A DNA stretch of 64,000 nt from Planctomycetota bacterium. GTDB lineage: Bacteria; Planctomycetota; JAJSAM01; JAJVHW01. This document shows positions 30,428 to 39,828 of this stretch, in pieces. The stretch covers positions 672,001-736,000 of the forward strand of contig CBDFJG010000002.1 in NCBI GenBank assembly GCA_965248445.1, written 5' to 3'. Below the pieces are notes generated by a model. It searched no databases. It worked only from the letters and a program-made list of their open reading frames with translations, and was not told where the DNA came from. A program made the position numbers and the translations under genes. Position 1 is the stretch's first letter, and each line of letters begins with the position of its first letter.

Positions 30428-33400
30428 TTAGGCCAGGTCGCTCGGGCCGCCGCCCTCGCCCGGATCGCCCTCCCACGCCGCCATGATCTCGCGGTTCAGG
30501 CGGAGGTGCGTGAGCATCGAGGTGCGCGTCTCCTCATCCACCTGCGCCACCGACTCGTCGAGCAGGCGCTTGGCCTCTTCGAGATGCCTGGGCTTCGCGG
30601 TCGCCTCGTAGAGTCGCAGCCCGGCCTCCATCCGCACGCGCGCTTCGAGGCGCTCTCCGTGCGCCGCGAATGCCCGCTCTGCAAGCACGACCGCAGCGCC
30701 CGGGAGTCTCGTGGCGAGGGTCAGCGCAAGAGCCTCGTTGACCGGGTCCTCGTCGGCGCGTGCCAGCTCGAGGCGTTCTTCGATGAGATCTCGCGCCGCT
30801 TCCACGCGCCCGGCACGCAACTCGATTCCGATCACGGCCGGGAGGTTCCAGTGTGCCTCGCGGTGGGCACCGACTTCGACCAGCAACGCCCAGCCGGCCC
30901 GCAGGTGGTCACCTGCCTCGTCGTCGAGGTTCGACTCTGCGAGCACGACTCCGAGATTGCTGCGAGAGAGTGCCTCGAGGGACCTGTCCCCGACCTCGCG
31001 ACTGAGCGTAAGAGCTCGCTCGTAGTGCCCCCGCGCATCGCTCAGGCGGCCCTCGTAGTAGCAGTTGGATCCGAGATTTCCCGTTGCGCTTGCCTCGAAC
31101 TGCCGGTGCCCGATCTCGCGACACAGCGTGAGTCCGCGCTCGTAGTGCTCCCGCGCCTCGTATAGACGGCCCTCGGACCAGAAGACGCCGCCCAGGTTGG
31201 CCGTGGCGATGGCCTGGCCGAGCCGGTCCCCGATCTCACGGCTGAGCGCGACGTACTGCTCGTAGTGCTCCCGCGCCTCGGGCAGGCGGCCCTCGCGCCA
31301 GAAGATGGTGCCCAGGTTCCCCACGGCGGCGGCCTCGGTCCTCCGGTCGCCGCGAGCCAGCGCGAGTTCGATCGCGCGGCGGAAGGCCGCTGTGGCCTCA
31401 GTGTGCCGAGAGGTCGCACGGAGGACGTTGCCGAGCGAAATGGCCGCCTTCAAGAGCACTTCGTCGTCGCCCGCTTCCTCCGCCAGGCGCCCGGCTTCCC
31501 GCGCGCACTCCTCCTGCCGCGCGCGGCGGCCAAGCGTGTTGAAGGCGGCGGCCACTCGCAGAAGCGCCGTCGCGCGCTCGGTCATGGTCAAGAGGTCCGG
31601 GATCGCGAGGGCGCGCTCGGTGAGCGCCACGACTCGCGCGTGTAGGTAGCCCGCGGTCAGGTGCGTCTGCGCGGCGGGGAGGTAGCGCAGCGCCGACTCG
31701 CCGCGTGCGCCCTTGAGGTAGTGCTCGCAGAGATCCACGCAGAGCGCGCCGTCCAGCGTCTCGGGATCCTGGGCGGCGGCCTTCGTGCGCGTCTCGAGCG
31801 CTTTCGCGAGGGCGGCGTGGTACTCCTCGCGCATCTGCTCGTGCAGACTGCCGTACAGGGCCTCCTGCACTTGATGGTGGTCGAAGACGTAGCTGCGTCC
31901 TGACGCCCGCACCAGGCGGTGCCTCCGTTCGATCTGCCCGCACCGCTTGAGCAACGGAATGCGCCCGACGCCGAGCACGTCGCCGATCAGCGCCGGATCG
32001 AACTTGAATCCCCAGCAGCACGCCACGTCGAGCAGATCGCGTTCTTCTTCGCTGAGATCCGCAACACGCGCGTTCACCAAGTCCAGCACCGACGAGGGGA
32101 TCTGGATGTCGCCGATGACCGCGGTCGAGGACCATGCGCCGTCGTCGTTCTGCGTGATGAACTGCCCCTCGCGCAGGCCGCGCAGGATCTCGAAGACGAA
32201 GAACGGATTGCCGTCGGACTTGACGGCGATCTGGTTGCCCAGGTCGCGTGCCAGTTGCTCGGACCGCAGAGTGTCCTCGAGCAGCCGCACCAGATCCCTC
32301 GGGCCCAGCCGCGGTAGCGAGAGTTGACGCGCCTGGTCGAGGCGCGTCAGGCCGGCGAGCCAGTCTTCCGAGACGCCCGGCCTCGTCGTCCCGATCAAGA
32401 GCACTCTGTGCCCCGGCACGGCCATCGCGAGCGACGTGAAGAGTGCGCGGCCGTCGTCGGGAGCGAAGTGCAGATCGTCGATCAGGACGACGGTCGGGCG
32501 CTCGGCCCCGAGTGCGCGGGTGGCGTTGACGAAGCAAGTCTGGAGCGAGTTCTTCGTCAGCGGCTCCTCGCCCTTCGGCGTGGTCTCGCCGCGGAGCAGC
32601 GCGTCGAAAGCCGGGACCAGCACCGGCGTCGCGGTCAGGTGATCCGCGCAGCCGCCCTCGCCGAACTGCTCACGGTACGCCGTCGAGAAGCCGCCGGCCG
32701 CAGTCGCTGCGCCGCCGGGCGGGTAGGAGCCGAAGAGGAAGTTGATGTCCTCGCCGTCGCGCTGCATCCGCCCGATGAGTTCGTCGATCAGGCGGGACTT
32801 GCCGATGCCCGCCTCGCCCTCGATCAGGACGACGTTGCCCTCGCCGGACTTCGCGACGTCGTACAGCGCGCGCAGCTTCATGAGTTCGTCCTCACGTCCG
32901 TAGACGGCCGTCTCGCGCGGGATGCGTACACGGCGAAGTGGGCGCTTCGTAAGCGTGCGGATCATCGACGCGCGGTGGCGCCACCACGCGGAGGCCTCGC
33001 TGTCGGCCAGCACCTTCGCGAGTTCGTCCGCCGACGCGAACCGCTCCTCGCGGTCCTTCGCGAGCAGGCAGTGCACCAGCTCCTCGAAGAACGCGGAGAG
33101 CTGGGGGTTGATCTCCCCGAGCCTGCGCGGCTCCTCGTGCAACACGCGCCGCACGACCTGCGGGATCTCTTCGGCGTAGTAGGGATTGATGCCCGATGCG
33201 AGTTCGTAGAGGACCAGTCCGAGCGTGTGCAGGTCCGCGCGACCGTCGAGTCCCTTGCCGCCCTCGCGGAACTGCTCGGGTGCTGCGTAGTGCAGCGACC
33301 CCACGAACATCCCCGTCTGCGAGAGCCGCAGCGCGTCGTCCGTCGAGCGCGCGACGCCGAGGTCCATGATCTTGACGACGTGGTCGGGCGTGATGAGCAC

Positions 33401-33805
33401 GTTCTCGGGCTTCATGTCGCGGTGGATCGCGCCCGCCGCGTGGATCGCCGCCAGGCCGTTGCTCACCTCGTGCCCGATGTGGCGGCACAACTCCTCGGGC
33501 ACCCGCCCGAGTTCGACGAGCAGCTCCGCGAGCGTCTGCCCCACGACGTACTCCATCGCCAAGTAGTGCTGCCCGTCGATCTCCCCGCCGTCGAACGTGC
33601 TGACGACGTTGGGATGCCGGACCGTCTTGCCGATCTCGATCTCGCGCGTGAACCGCTCCGTTGCGTCCGCGCCCTCGAGCAGGCGCGCGTGCACGACCTT
33701 GAGCGCGACGACACCGCCGGGACCGGTGGCGCGATAGACGGTCCCCATCCCGCCCGAGCCAAGCTCGCGGTCGATGCGGTACGGGCCGAGGGTCTCGCCG
33801 ATCAT
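30428..33805 (-). CDS. Ser/Thr kinase - AAA ATPase (STAND-like) - TPR protein
   Basis: LGSGGMGTVY, HRDMKPEN, DLG; GEAGIGKS, LIDDLH, GNPFF; TPR repeats. Confidence 0.92.
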   Translation of the reverse strand: MIGETLGPYRIDRELGSGGMGTVYRATGPGGVVALKVVHARLLEGADATERFTREIEIGKTVRHPNVVSTFDGGEIDGQHYLAMEYVVGQTLAELLVELGRVPEELCRHIGHEVSNGLAAIHAAGAIHRDMKPENVLITPDHVVKIMDLGVARSTDDALRLSQTGMFVGSLHYAAPEQFREGGKGLDGRADLHTLGLVLYELASGINPYYAEEIPQVVRRVLHEEPRRLGEINPQLSAFFEELVHCLLAKDREERFASADELAKVLADSEASAWWRHRASMIRTLTKRPLRRVRIPRETAVYGREDELMKLRALYDVAKSGEGNVVLIEGEAGIGKSRLIDELIGRMQRDGEDINFLFGSYPPGGAATAAGGFSTAYREQFGEGGCADHLTATPVLVPAFDALLRGETTPKGEEPLTKNSLQTCFVNATRALGAERPTVVLIDDLHFAPDDGRALFTSLAMAVPGHRVLLIGTTRPGVSEDWLAGLTRLDQARQLSLPRLGPRDLVRLLEDTLRSEQLARDLGNQIAVKSDGNPFFVFEILRGLREGQFITQNDDGAWSSTAVIGDIQIPSSVLDLVNARVADLSEEERDLLDVACCWGFKFDPALIGDVLGVGRIPLLKRCGQIERRHRLVRASGRSYVFDHHQVQEALYGSLHEQMREEYHAALAKALETRTKAAAQDPETLDGALCVDLCEHYLKGARGESALRYLPAAQTHLTAGYLHARVVALTERALAIPDLLTMTERATALLRVAAAFNTLGRRARQEECAREAGRLAEEAGDDEVLLKAAISLGNVLRATSRHTEATAAFRRAIELALARGDRRTEAAAVGNLGTIFWREGRLPEAREHYEQYVALSREIGDRLGQAIATANLGGVFWSEGRLYEAREHYERGLTLCREIGHRQFEASATGNLGSNCYYEGRLSDARGHYERALTLSREVGDRSLEALSRSNLGVVLAESNLDDEAGDHLRAGWALLVEVGAHREAHWNLPAVIGIELRAGRVEAARDLIEERLELARADEDPVNEALALTLATRLPGAAVVLAERAFAAHGERLEARVRMEAGLRLYEATAKPRHLEEAKRLLDESVAQVDEETRTSMLTHLRLNREIMAAWEGDPGEGGGPSDLA

Positions 33806-33963
33806 GGCGGGGAGCGTAGCAAGGAGCTGTAGCCGGAGTCACAGGGGGGCCGAAGGGCGGAGTCCCCCCGGGCCGGGGCACTCTGCCTCGCGCTAGGAGT
33901 CCCGGGTTTCATGCGCGGCCACCCGTCGCTCGAGATGCCGCGGTAACCGGATCGCATCTCCCC

Positions 33964-34089
33964 ATGCAGCCGCCCCGCCGTCCGCGCCGCTGGGGCCGTC
34001 TCACGGTGTGCGCGGTTGTCGCTGCCGCCATCGCCCTCCCGTTCCTGCTCTGGCTCGCGGGCTTCATCGCTGGCTACCCGCACGACTGA
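33964..34089 (+). CDS. small membrane peptide (41 aa), PRRPRRW family
   Basis: MQPPRRPRRWGRLTVCAVVAAAIALPFLLWLAGF; N-terminus shared with the two downstream ORFs. Confidence 0.4.
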   Translation: MQPPRRPRRWGRLTVCAVVAAAIALPFLLWLAGFIAGYPHD

Positions 34090-34321
34090 CCCGGGGCATC
34101 CATCGGTGCAAGCGCCCCGGCCCGACGCGACGGGCGACCGGCAGGGGGGCGGGTGGGGGCCGGATAGTCCCCGGGGCGCCGGCCCCCCTGCTCGATAGGG
34201 AGTTCCAGCCGTCGCAGCCGCGAGGAGTTCGCCCCCCGGGCGGATGCCCCTTCCGCTGCACGAACCCGTGGAGAGAGCCGCGCCGCCGGGAAGGCCCATC
34301 TCCATCATCTAGACTCCCCTC

Positions 34322-34738
34322 ATGGAGACCCCTCCGCGGCGTCCGCGACGGTGGAGCCTTCGCGCGTTCGGTGTCTTGCCGCGCGTCGTGTTGGTGTTCG
34401 CCCTTGTGGCGCTGGTTGGGTGGCCGGAGAGCCACGAGTTCGTGCGCGGGACGCTCACCACCTTTCCGGAGGGCTCGTTGCTGACCCTTCACCGCCGCGT
34501 GCCGCCTCGTCAAAGATGGCGCAGCCGCCCCATCAGTATCAGGACACCCAACGAACGCCTGACGCACGCGGGAGCGAGTGCGTCCTTGATCGGGGACGGC
34601 TCGCTGGTCGTGTGGGCGCCAAGCGACTCGCGGGGTTGGACGCGGTATCTGGTGCGTGACTCGACGGTCCGATTGATCTCGGGCGGCACGGATGACACGC
34701 TGTGGACGACGCGCGCGAGCGCGCATGCCTATCGCTGA
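34322..34738 (+). CDS. hypothetical membrane-anchored protein, PRRPRRW family
   Basis: PRRPRRWSLRAFGV...WPESHEF...RDS; paralog of the next ORF. Confidence 0.55.
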   Translation: METPPRRPRRWSLRAFGVLPRVVLVFALVALVGWPESHEFVRGTLTTFPEGSLLTLHRRVPPRQRWRSRPISIRTPNERLTHAGASASLIGDGSLVVWAPSDSRGWTRYLVRDSTVRLISGGTDDTLWTTRASAHAYR

Positions 34739-34752
34739 AGGATGATCCGCGA

Positions 34753-35058
34753 GTGGCGCTGACTCCCGCTCCCCGCCGTCCGCGCCGCTGGAGTCATCGC
34801 GCGTTCGGGGTCGTCGTCCGCGTCTTCCTGGTCCTCGGCCTGATGGCGATGGTGGCGTGGCCGGAGTGGCACGAGTTTGGGACGGAGTTCTTCGAGCCAC
34901 TCTTCGGGGGGCACTCGTCGTCGGTTGACGGCTACTGGGCGTACGGGACGCGCGGCAAGGACGTGCGGTACGTGCGCGTCGGCTGCGTGCCGACAGACGA
35001 CGGCAGGCTCCGACTACTCCTCCGCGACTCCTCCCTCGGCGTGATCGCTGGGCGCTAG
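34753..35058 (+). CDS. hypothetical membrane-anchored protein, PRRPRRW family
   Basis: PRRPRRWSHRAFGV...WPEWHEF...RDS. Confidence 0.55.
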   Translation: MALTPAPRRPRRWSHRAFGVVVRVFLVLGLMAMVAWPEWHEFGTEFFEPLFGGHSSSVDGYWAYGTRGKDVRYVRVGCVPTDDGRLRLLLRDSSLGVIAGR

Positions 35059-35466
35059 CTCCTGTCGCGTGGGCGGCTGAGGACGTAGAGGCCAGCGAGG
35101 AGAGCCATGAGGGAGTGCGGCCCCCTGACGAGCATGTACGCGGTGGACAGCGACGATTCGCCCGCCGTCGTCTTCGATGGCGCCATCAGCGTCCATACCG
35201 CCGGGAAGTACACGAGCGTCCACAGGACGCAGCAGGCCATCGCGACGACGAGCGCACCGCCGCTCGCCGCTCCGCGGAAGAAGTTGTGGCTGCGCGTCTG
35301 TTCCGCCAGGTCACCGTCGCGCCACCGTCGGCTGAGCACGTACAGGCCGAGTAGCAGGGGGACCAGACCGGAGTTCAGTTCGCTCGCACCGATCAGCAGC
35401 AGATCGGTGGGTCTTCCCTCGAAGGGCACCAGTTCGGCAATCGAACGCGCGCCGCGCAGGATGTCC
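35055..35466 (-). CDS. hypothetical membrane protein, 5' end uncertain (next to IS)
   Basis: Hydrophobic ORF with internal repeat GLYVLSR; coordinates approximate. Confidence 0.45.
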
Positions 35467-35558
35467 ATCGCGCCGAGCAGGCAGCAGGACGAACAGCCCG
35501 ACCTGGCCCAGACTGGTGAAGCGGAGGAGGAACGTCCGGGCGCATGCGCCGACTCTAG

Positions 35559-37227
35559 CCGCATCTGTTCACGAGACGTCGCGATGACGGTGCTTTCGGA
35601 GTCCACAGGGTCAGATCTTGGCCAGGCGAGGGCGGATGCTGTCGTCGTTGCCACAAGGGCAACGCGAGTGAGCGGCCGAAACGGCGCGGATTCTGCGGTG
35701 TGGGCAGACCGTAGGCCGGGCGGTGGTGTGGCGGACGGCGCGGCGGGACGTCAGGTCGGCTTCGGGGATGCCAGCAGTCGTTGCGCGCAGCGCTCGAAGA
35801 CGTGCTGCCAGGGCCACGACGAGGACATCGAGACCCAGATCCGGCGCGTCGTGATCCGCACGAGCGCGCCGATCTTGAGCAGCCGCAGGCGGATCGTGCC
35901 GGCTTGCGCACGCGCCATCTCGGTGCCGGCGAGACCGATGCGTCGCAGCGCACAGGTCAGGACGTAGGCCATGGCCGACATGGCCATCCGCACGGCGTTG
36001 CCCTGCATCGTGTGCACCGACAGACGGGTGCCGAAGAGCTCGAGCTGCTGCTCCTTGATGCGATTCTCCGCCTCGCCCCGGGCGCAGTAGAGCTGCTCGT
36101 AGAGACGCTTGCTGCTCCAGCTACGAGGCGGCAGATTGGTCACCACGAAGCGGGGATTGCGCTTGCCGCCCGGCAGGTGCTCGGCCTTGGCGACCACGCG
36201 ACGCCTCTGGCTCCAGCTCCCCAGCGTGGTCCAGGCAAAGTCGCGAAAGACCCGGGCTGCTCGGCCGGTCTGCACGGCACGGGCTGCGGCCTCATCGAGC
36301 GCGTCTTCGACGTGTCGCTCAAGGCGCTCATTGCGCGCCATGCCCAGCAGGTAGAAGTGGCCGGCGGCCTCGCACCAGGCCATCAGCTCCTCGCGGCAAA
36401 AGCCCGAGTCTGCGCGCACGAGCACCTTGGCCCGGGGCCAGCGGCGCCGCAGACGTAAGACCAGCGCACGGAGCTCGTCCACGACTCCGCGCGCGGGATC
36501 TCTGTCAGCGGTCTGGAGCCGAGCGAGCAAGAGGTGCTCGCCGCAGAAGACGTACAGCGGCAGGTAGCAGTAGTGCCCGTAGTAGCCGTGGAAGAAGCGG
36601 CCCTCCTGCCGGCCGTGCAGCCGCACGTCGGAGTGGTCCAGGTCCAGCACGAGCAGGCCCGGATCCTCCGGCCCCATGGCCTCGCAGAAGACGTCGCTGA
36701 GCACGCTGTCCACGCGCTCCTGGTCCATCTCGATCTTGGCGTAGCGCGTCTGTGCCGTGGCGCCGAGCTGCGTGGTCTCGAGCCGCGAGAGCGTCGGGTG
36801 CGTGGCCAGAGCACCCTCGCGCTTGCCGCACGCCGCGGCAAACAGCGGGTCCTTGCCGACATGGTCGTGGTCCACCAGATCCTCGTAGCCCGCGCACAGC
36901 CCGAAGACCCGCTGACGCAGCATCTGGCCGACCGTGTGCTCGACCCGACGCGGGTCCCGGTGGTCCCCGAAGCAGCGCGCAAACCGCGAGAGCAGATCGA
37001 TGCGACGATCGACCCGCTCGAGCAGCAGCACGCCCCCGTCGCTCGTCACGGTACCGGCGTCGAAGCGCGTCACCGCGGTGCGTCCACAGATGCCCGCGAA
37101 GAGGGTCCCCTGCGGGCTACAGTCTGTCGTCATCGGGCCGGCGCTCCTGTCGGTGCAAGTACTAGCGAGTACGAGCACTTAGACAGACGACGGCCCGCTC
37201 AGATTCCCGGCTGGTGAACGATTCGGG
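35559..37227 (-). mobile_element. IS1380-family insertion sequence, copy 3 (1669 bp)
   Basis: Same ends; CTAG at 35555-58 and 37228-31. Confidence 0.93.
35751..37133 (-). CDS. IS1380-family DDE transposase
   Basis: Near-identical to the other copies. Confidence 0.93.
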   Translation of the reverse strand: MTTDCSPQGTLFAGICGRTAVTRFDAGTVTSDGGVLLLERVDRRIDLLSRFARCFGDHRDPRRVEHTVGQMLRQRVFGLCAGYEDLVDHDHVGKDPLFAAACGKREGALATHPTLSRLETTQLGATAQTRYAKIEMDQERVDSVLSDVFCEAMGPEDPGLLVLDLDHSDVRLHGRQEGRFFHGYYGHYCYLPLYVFCGEHLLLARLQTADRDPARGVVDELRALVLRLRRRWPRAKVLVRADSGFCREELMAWCEAAGHFYLLGMARNERLERHVEDALDEAAARAVQTGRAARVFRDFAWTTLGSWSQRRRVVAKAEHLPGGKRNPRFVVTNLPPRSWSSKRLYEQLYCARGEAENRIKEQQLELFGTRLSVHTMQGNAVRMAMSAMAYVLTCALRRIGLAGTEMARAQAGTIRLRLLKIGALVRITTRRIWVSMSSSWPWQHVFERCAQRLLASPKPT

Positions 37228-37283
37228 CTAGGGCACACACGCCGGAGTTGATCGGGTGCGAATGCCCGCCGGTCTCGGCCCCG

Positions 37284-38129
37284 CTACCCCCGCCGGCGGC
37301 CGTGCCACGCCTCGTCGTACTCGCGCTCTTCCTTCAAGTTCGCCGGCGCGCCCACCACGTCGGTGATCGTCGGCAGCGCGGTGCATCCGAAGTGCGCGAG
37401 CATGCGCTCGACCTCGCGGGGGTCGTTCAGGGCCTCCACGGTCGTCTCGAAGTAGCGGACGCCCGGGAAGCGCTCCTGATAGGCCCGAGCTCGCGCCAGG
37501 ACCTCGTCCACGTACCACTCGAGGCAGTCGAGTTCGTACCTCACGATGAAGTCGGCGACGCGCGGCTTGGGCAGCCCCAGGCGCGCGTAGACACGTCCCC
37601 CACGGAACGGCAGCTTGAGCAGCCGGAAGAGCGAGTACGTGAGCCGCGCCGGCAGAAGGCGCCGCGGCGGTGCGACCAACGGCCCCGCCGCGTCGGGAGT
37701 GATGACCAGGCGCCGACCGCTCGACATGAGCGGGAATACGCCGAGCCGGAAGAGGCTCGCGGCGACCTTCGCCTTGTCGCGCGTGAGGATGATCACCCCC
37801 ATCTTGCTCTCCGACAGGTGCTCCGGAAGGAGCCAGCCGAAGCCCTTGATGAAGTGGTGGCTCGTCTCGACGTAGAGGTCGTGCTCGCGCCGCACGTCGT
37901 GGATCTTCGCGACCTTCTCACGCACCGGCTCCCGCATCGGTTCGGGGTTGCCGAGCAGATACGCGCGCATGGCCGGCCCGTCGCAACGGGGACTCGGCTC
38001 GTGGAGCGCGCGGCACCCGGCGACGTGCTTGAACAACGTCGTCAGATAGCCCGATCCGGACCGTCCCGCGTTGATGCAGAAGATGGACTCGACCGCATCG
38101 CCGGTCGCCGCCGCGTCGCCGTGCTCCAC
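37284..38129 (-). CDS. sulfotransferase-like P-loop protein
   Basis: IFCINAGRSGSGYL (5'-PSB-like), HEP, IILTRD..VAAS (3'-PB-like); start uncertain. Confidence 0.7.
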   Translation of the reverse strand: MEHGDAAATGDAVESIFCINAGRSGSGYLTTLFKHVAGCRALHEPSPRCDGPAMRAYLLGNPEPMREPVREKVAKIHDVRREHDLYVETSHHFIKGFGWLLPEHLSESKMGVIILTRDKAKVAASLFRLGVFPLMSSGRRLVITPDAAGPLVAPPRRLLPARLTYSLFRLLKLPFRGGRVYARLGLPKPRVADFIVRYELDCLEWYVDEVLARARAYQERFPGVRYFETTVEALNDPREVERMLAHFGCTALPTITDVVGAPANLKEEREYDEAWHGRRRG

Positions 38130-38262
38130 CTGTTCGGAAGCCCTCCAGCCGGCACGATCGCCGAGCGCGTCAGCTTGGCAGCCCGCCACACACTGCACTC
38201 AGAAGAAGTCATCCCCTGCCGCGGCGAGGCTGACTGCCCCGTCGCGGGCTAGACTGCCGCGC

Positions 38263-39756
38263 GTGGCGACCCGCGTACGACTGCTGATCCTCGTCGCGCT
38301 GCTGCTGCTCACGGGGGCACCAGCAGTCGCCGGAGAGGGCCGTTCGTTCGAGACGCTCACCCTCGCGCAGGGCACGCCGTTCGAAACCCCCGTGTACATC
38401 CAGGACTCGGGGCACAACGGACCGACGGTCGTCATCATCGCCGGCCTGCACGGCGACGAGCCGGCGCCGCCGTACGCCGCCGAGCAGATCCGTCATTGGC
38501 CCCTCCGCCAGGGACGGCTGGTCGTGGTCCCGCGCGCGAACCAGCCAGCGCTCGGCAAGCGGACGCGCTCGACTCCCGGTGTGCCGAGGGACGTGGCGAA
38601 CGCGAACCGCAATTTCCCACGTACCGAAGAGCCCAAAGGTGCCGCGCCGCGGGGCGAACTCGCCGCAGCACTCTGGTCGCTTCTGCGCCACGAGCGGCCC
38701 AAGTGGGTGCTCGATCTGCACGAGGGAACCGACGTCCACAAGCGCAACCCGAAGAGCGTCGGCCGCACGATCATCATGGCACGCGAGAAGCGGGCCGACG
38801 AGGTCTGCGATCGCATGCTCGCCGCTGTGAACAGCACCATCTCCGACGAGACGGTGCACTTCGTACGGCTGACCAGTCCGGTCGATGGAGGCGTCGCGCG
38901 GGCCGCAGCCGATCGCCTCGGCGCGCGCGCGATGATCGTCGAAACGGCCGTGAAGGGGCTCGCGGTCTCCACGCGAGCGATGCAGCAGCGAGTGCTCGTG
39001 CACCGGTTCCTGCTCGACCAGAAGATGCTGGCCCGCGGTGTGGAACCAGCCGACGTCGGATTCAGAGACGGCGAACGACTGGACACGGTGATCGGCGTCT
39101 ACGACGGCGGCGGCACCGGGGGCGCGGGAGCCCCAAGTCTGCTGCGTCAGTTGCCCGAACTGCCGGGCGTCGCGGTCGCTCGAGTCGGACCGACCGAGAT
39201 CCGCGCCGGAGCCCTCGACGGCTTCGACGTGGTCGTCTTCTCCGGGGGGATGGGCGGCAGCCAGTCGCGATGGCTCGCAGACGGAGGGCGCGAGAACGTG
39301 CGCCAGTTCGTGGAGAACGGAGGCGGGTACGTCGGCATCTGCGCCGGGTCGTACCTGGCGTGCACGGGCTTCTCGTGGGGGCTCGGCATCCTGGACGCAC
39401 GCACCAAGTCGCCGAAGTGGCGCCGCGGCAAGGGCACCGTGCGCATGCAGTTGACCGAGGACGGCCGAGAGTTGCTCGGAGACCGGGCCGATCCGTTCGG
39501 CGTCAAGTACGCAAACGGACCGATCCTGGCGCCCGCCGGCAACGACGACGTGCCGGACTTCGAGACGCTCGCCTTGTTCCGCACCGAGGTCGCGAAGAAC
39601 GGCGCACCGAAGGGCATCATGGTCGACTCCCCCGCCGTGGTGCGCGGCCGGTTCGGCAAGGGCCGCGTCGTCTGCTTCAGTCCACATCCGGAGCAGACCA
39701 AGGGACTGCACGATCTCGTGCGACGCGCGGTGAGCTGGCTCGCCGCGGACGACTGA
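38263..39756 (+). CDS. secreted M14/succinylglutamate-desuccinylase-like Zn peptidase fused to a BPL_N (class I GATase-like) domain
   Basis: Signal peptide; GLHGDE, NRNFP, DLHE, ET; GGYVGICAGSY and SPHPE. Confidence 0.85.
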   Translation: MATRVRLLILVALLLLTGAPAVAGEGRSFETLTLAQGTPFETPVYIQDSGHNGPTVVIIAGLHGDEPAPPYAAEQIRHWPLRQGRLVVVPRANQPALGKRTRSTPGVPRDVANANRNFPRTEEPKGAAPRGELAAALWSLLRHERPKWVLDLHEGTDVHKRNPKSVGRTIIMAREKRADEVCDRMLAAVNSTISDETVHFVRLTSPVDGGVARAAADRLGARAMIVETAVKGLAVSTRAMQQRVLVHRFLLDQKMLARGVEPADVGFRDGERLDTVIGVYDGGGTGGAGAPSLLRQLPELPGVAVARVGPTEIRAGALDGFDVVVFSGGMGGSQSRWLADGGRENVRQFVENGGGYVGICAGSYLACTGFSWGLGILDARTKSPKWRRGKGTVRMQLTEDGRELLGDRADPFGVKYANGPILAPAGNDDVPDFETLALFRTEVAKNGAPKGIMVDSPAVVRGRFGKGRVVCFSPHPEQTKGLHDLVRRAVSWLAADD

Positions 39757-39828
39757 CCGCACTCTGCCCGGTCCGTCGCCGCTCCGAGAGTTGCAGCTTC
39801 GCGCGAGGCGTGATCGTCTCGGTGCTCC

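Noticed and set aside
34087..34170. TGA of the 41-aa PRRPRRW peptide read as Sec
   Set aside because: Readthrough gives only a short low-complexity extension to a TAG, with no Cys-like context or convincing hairpin.
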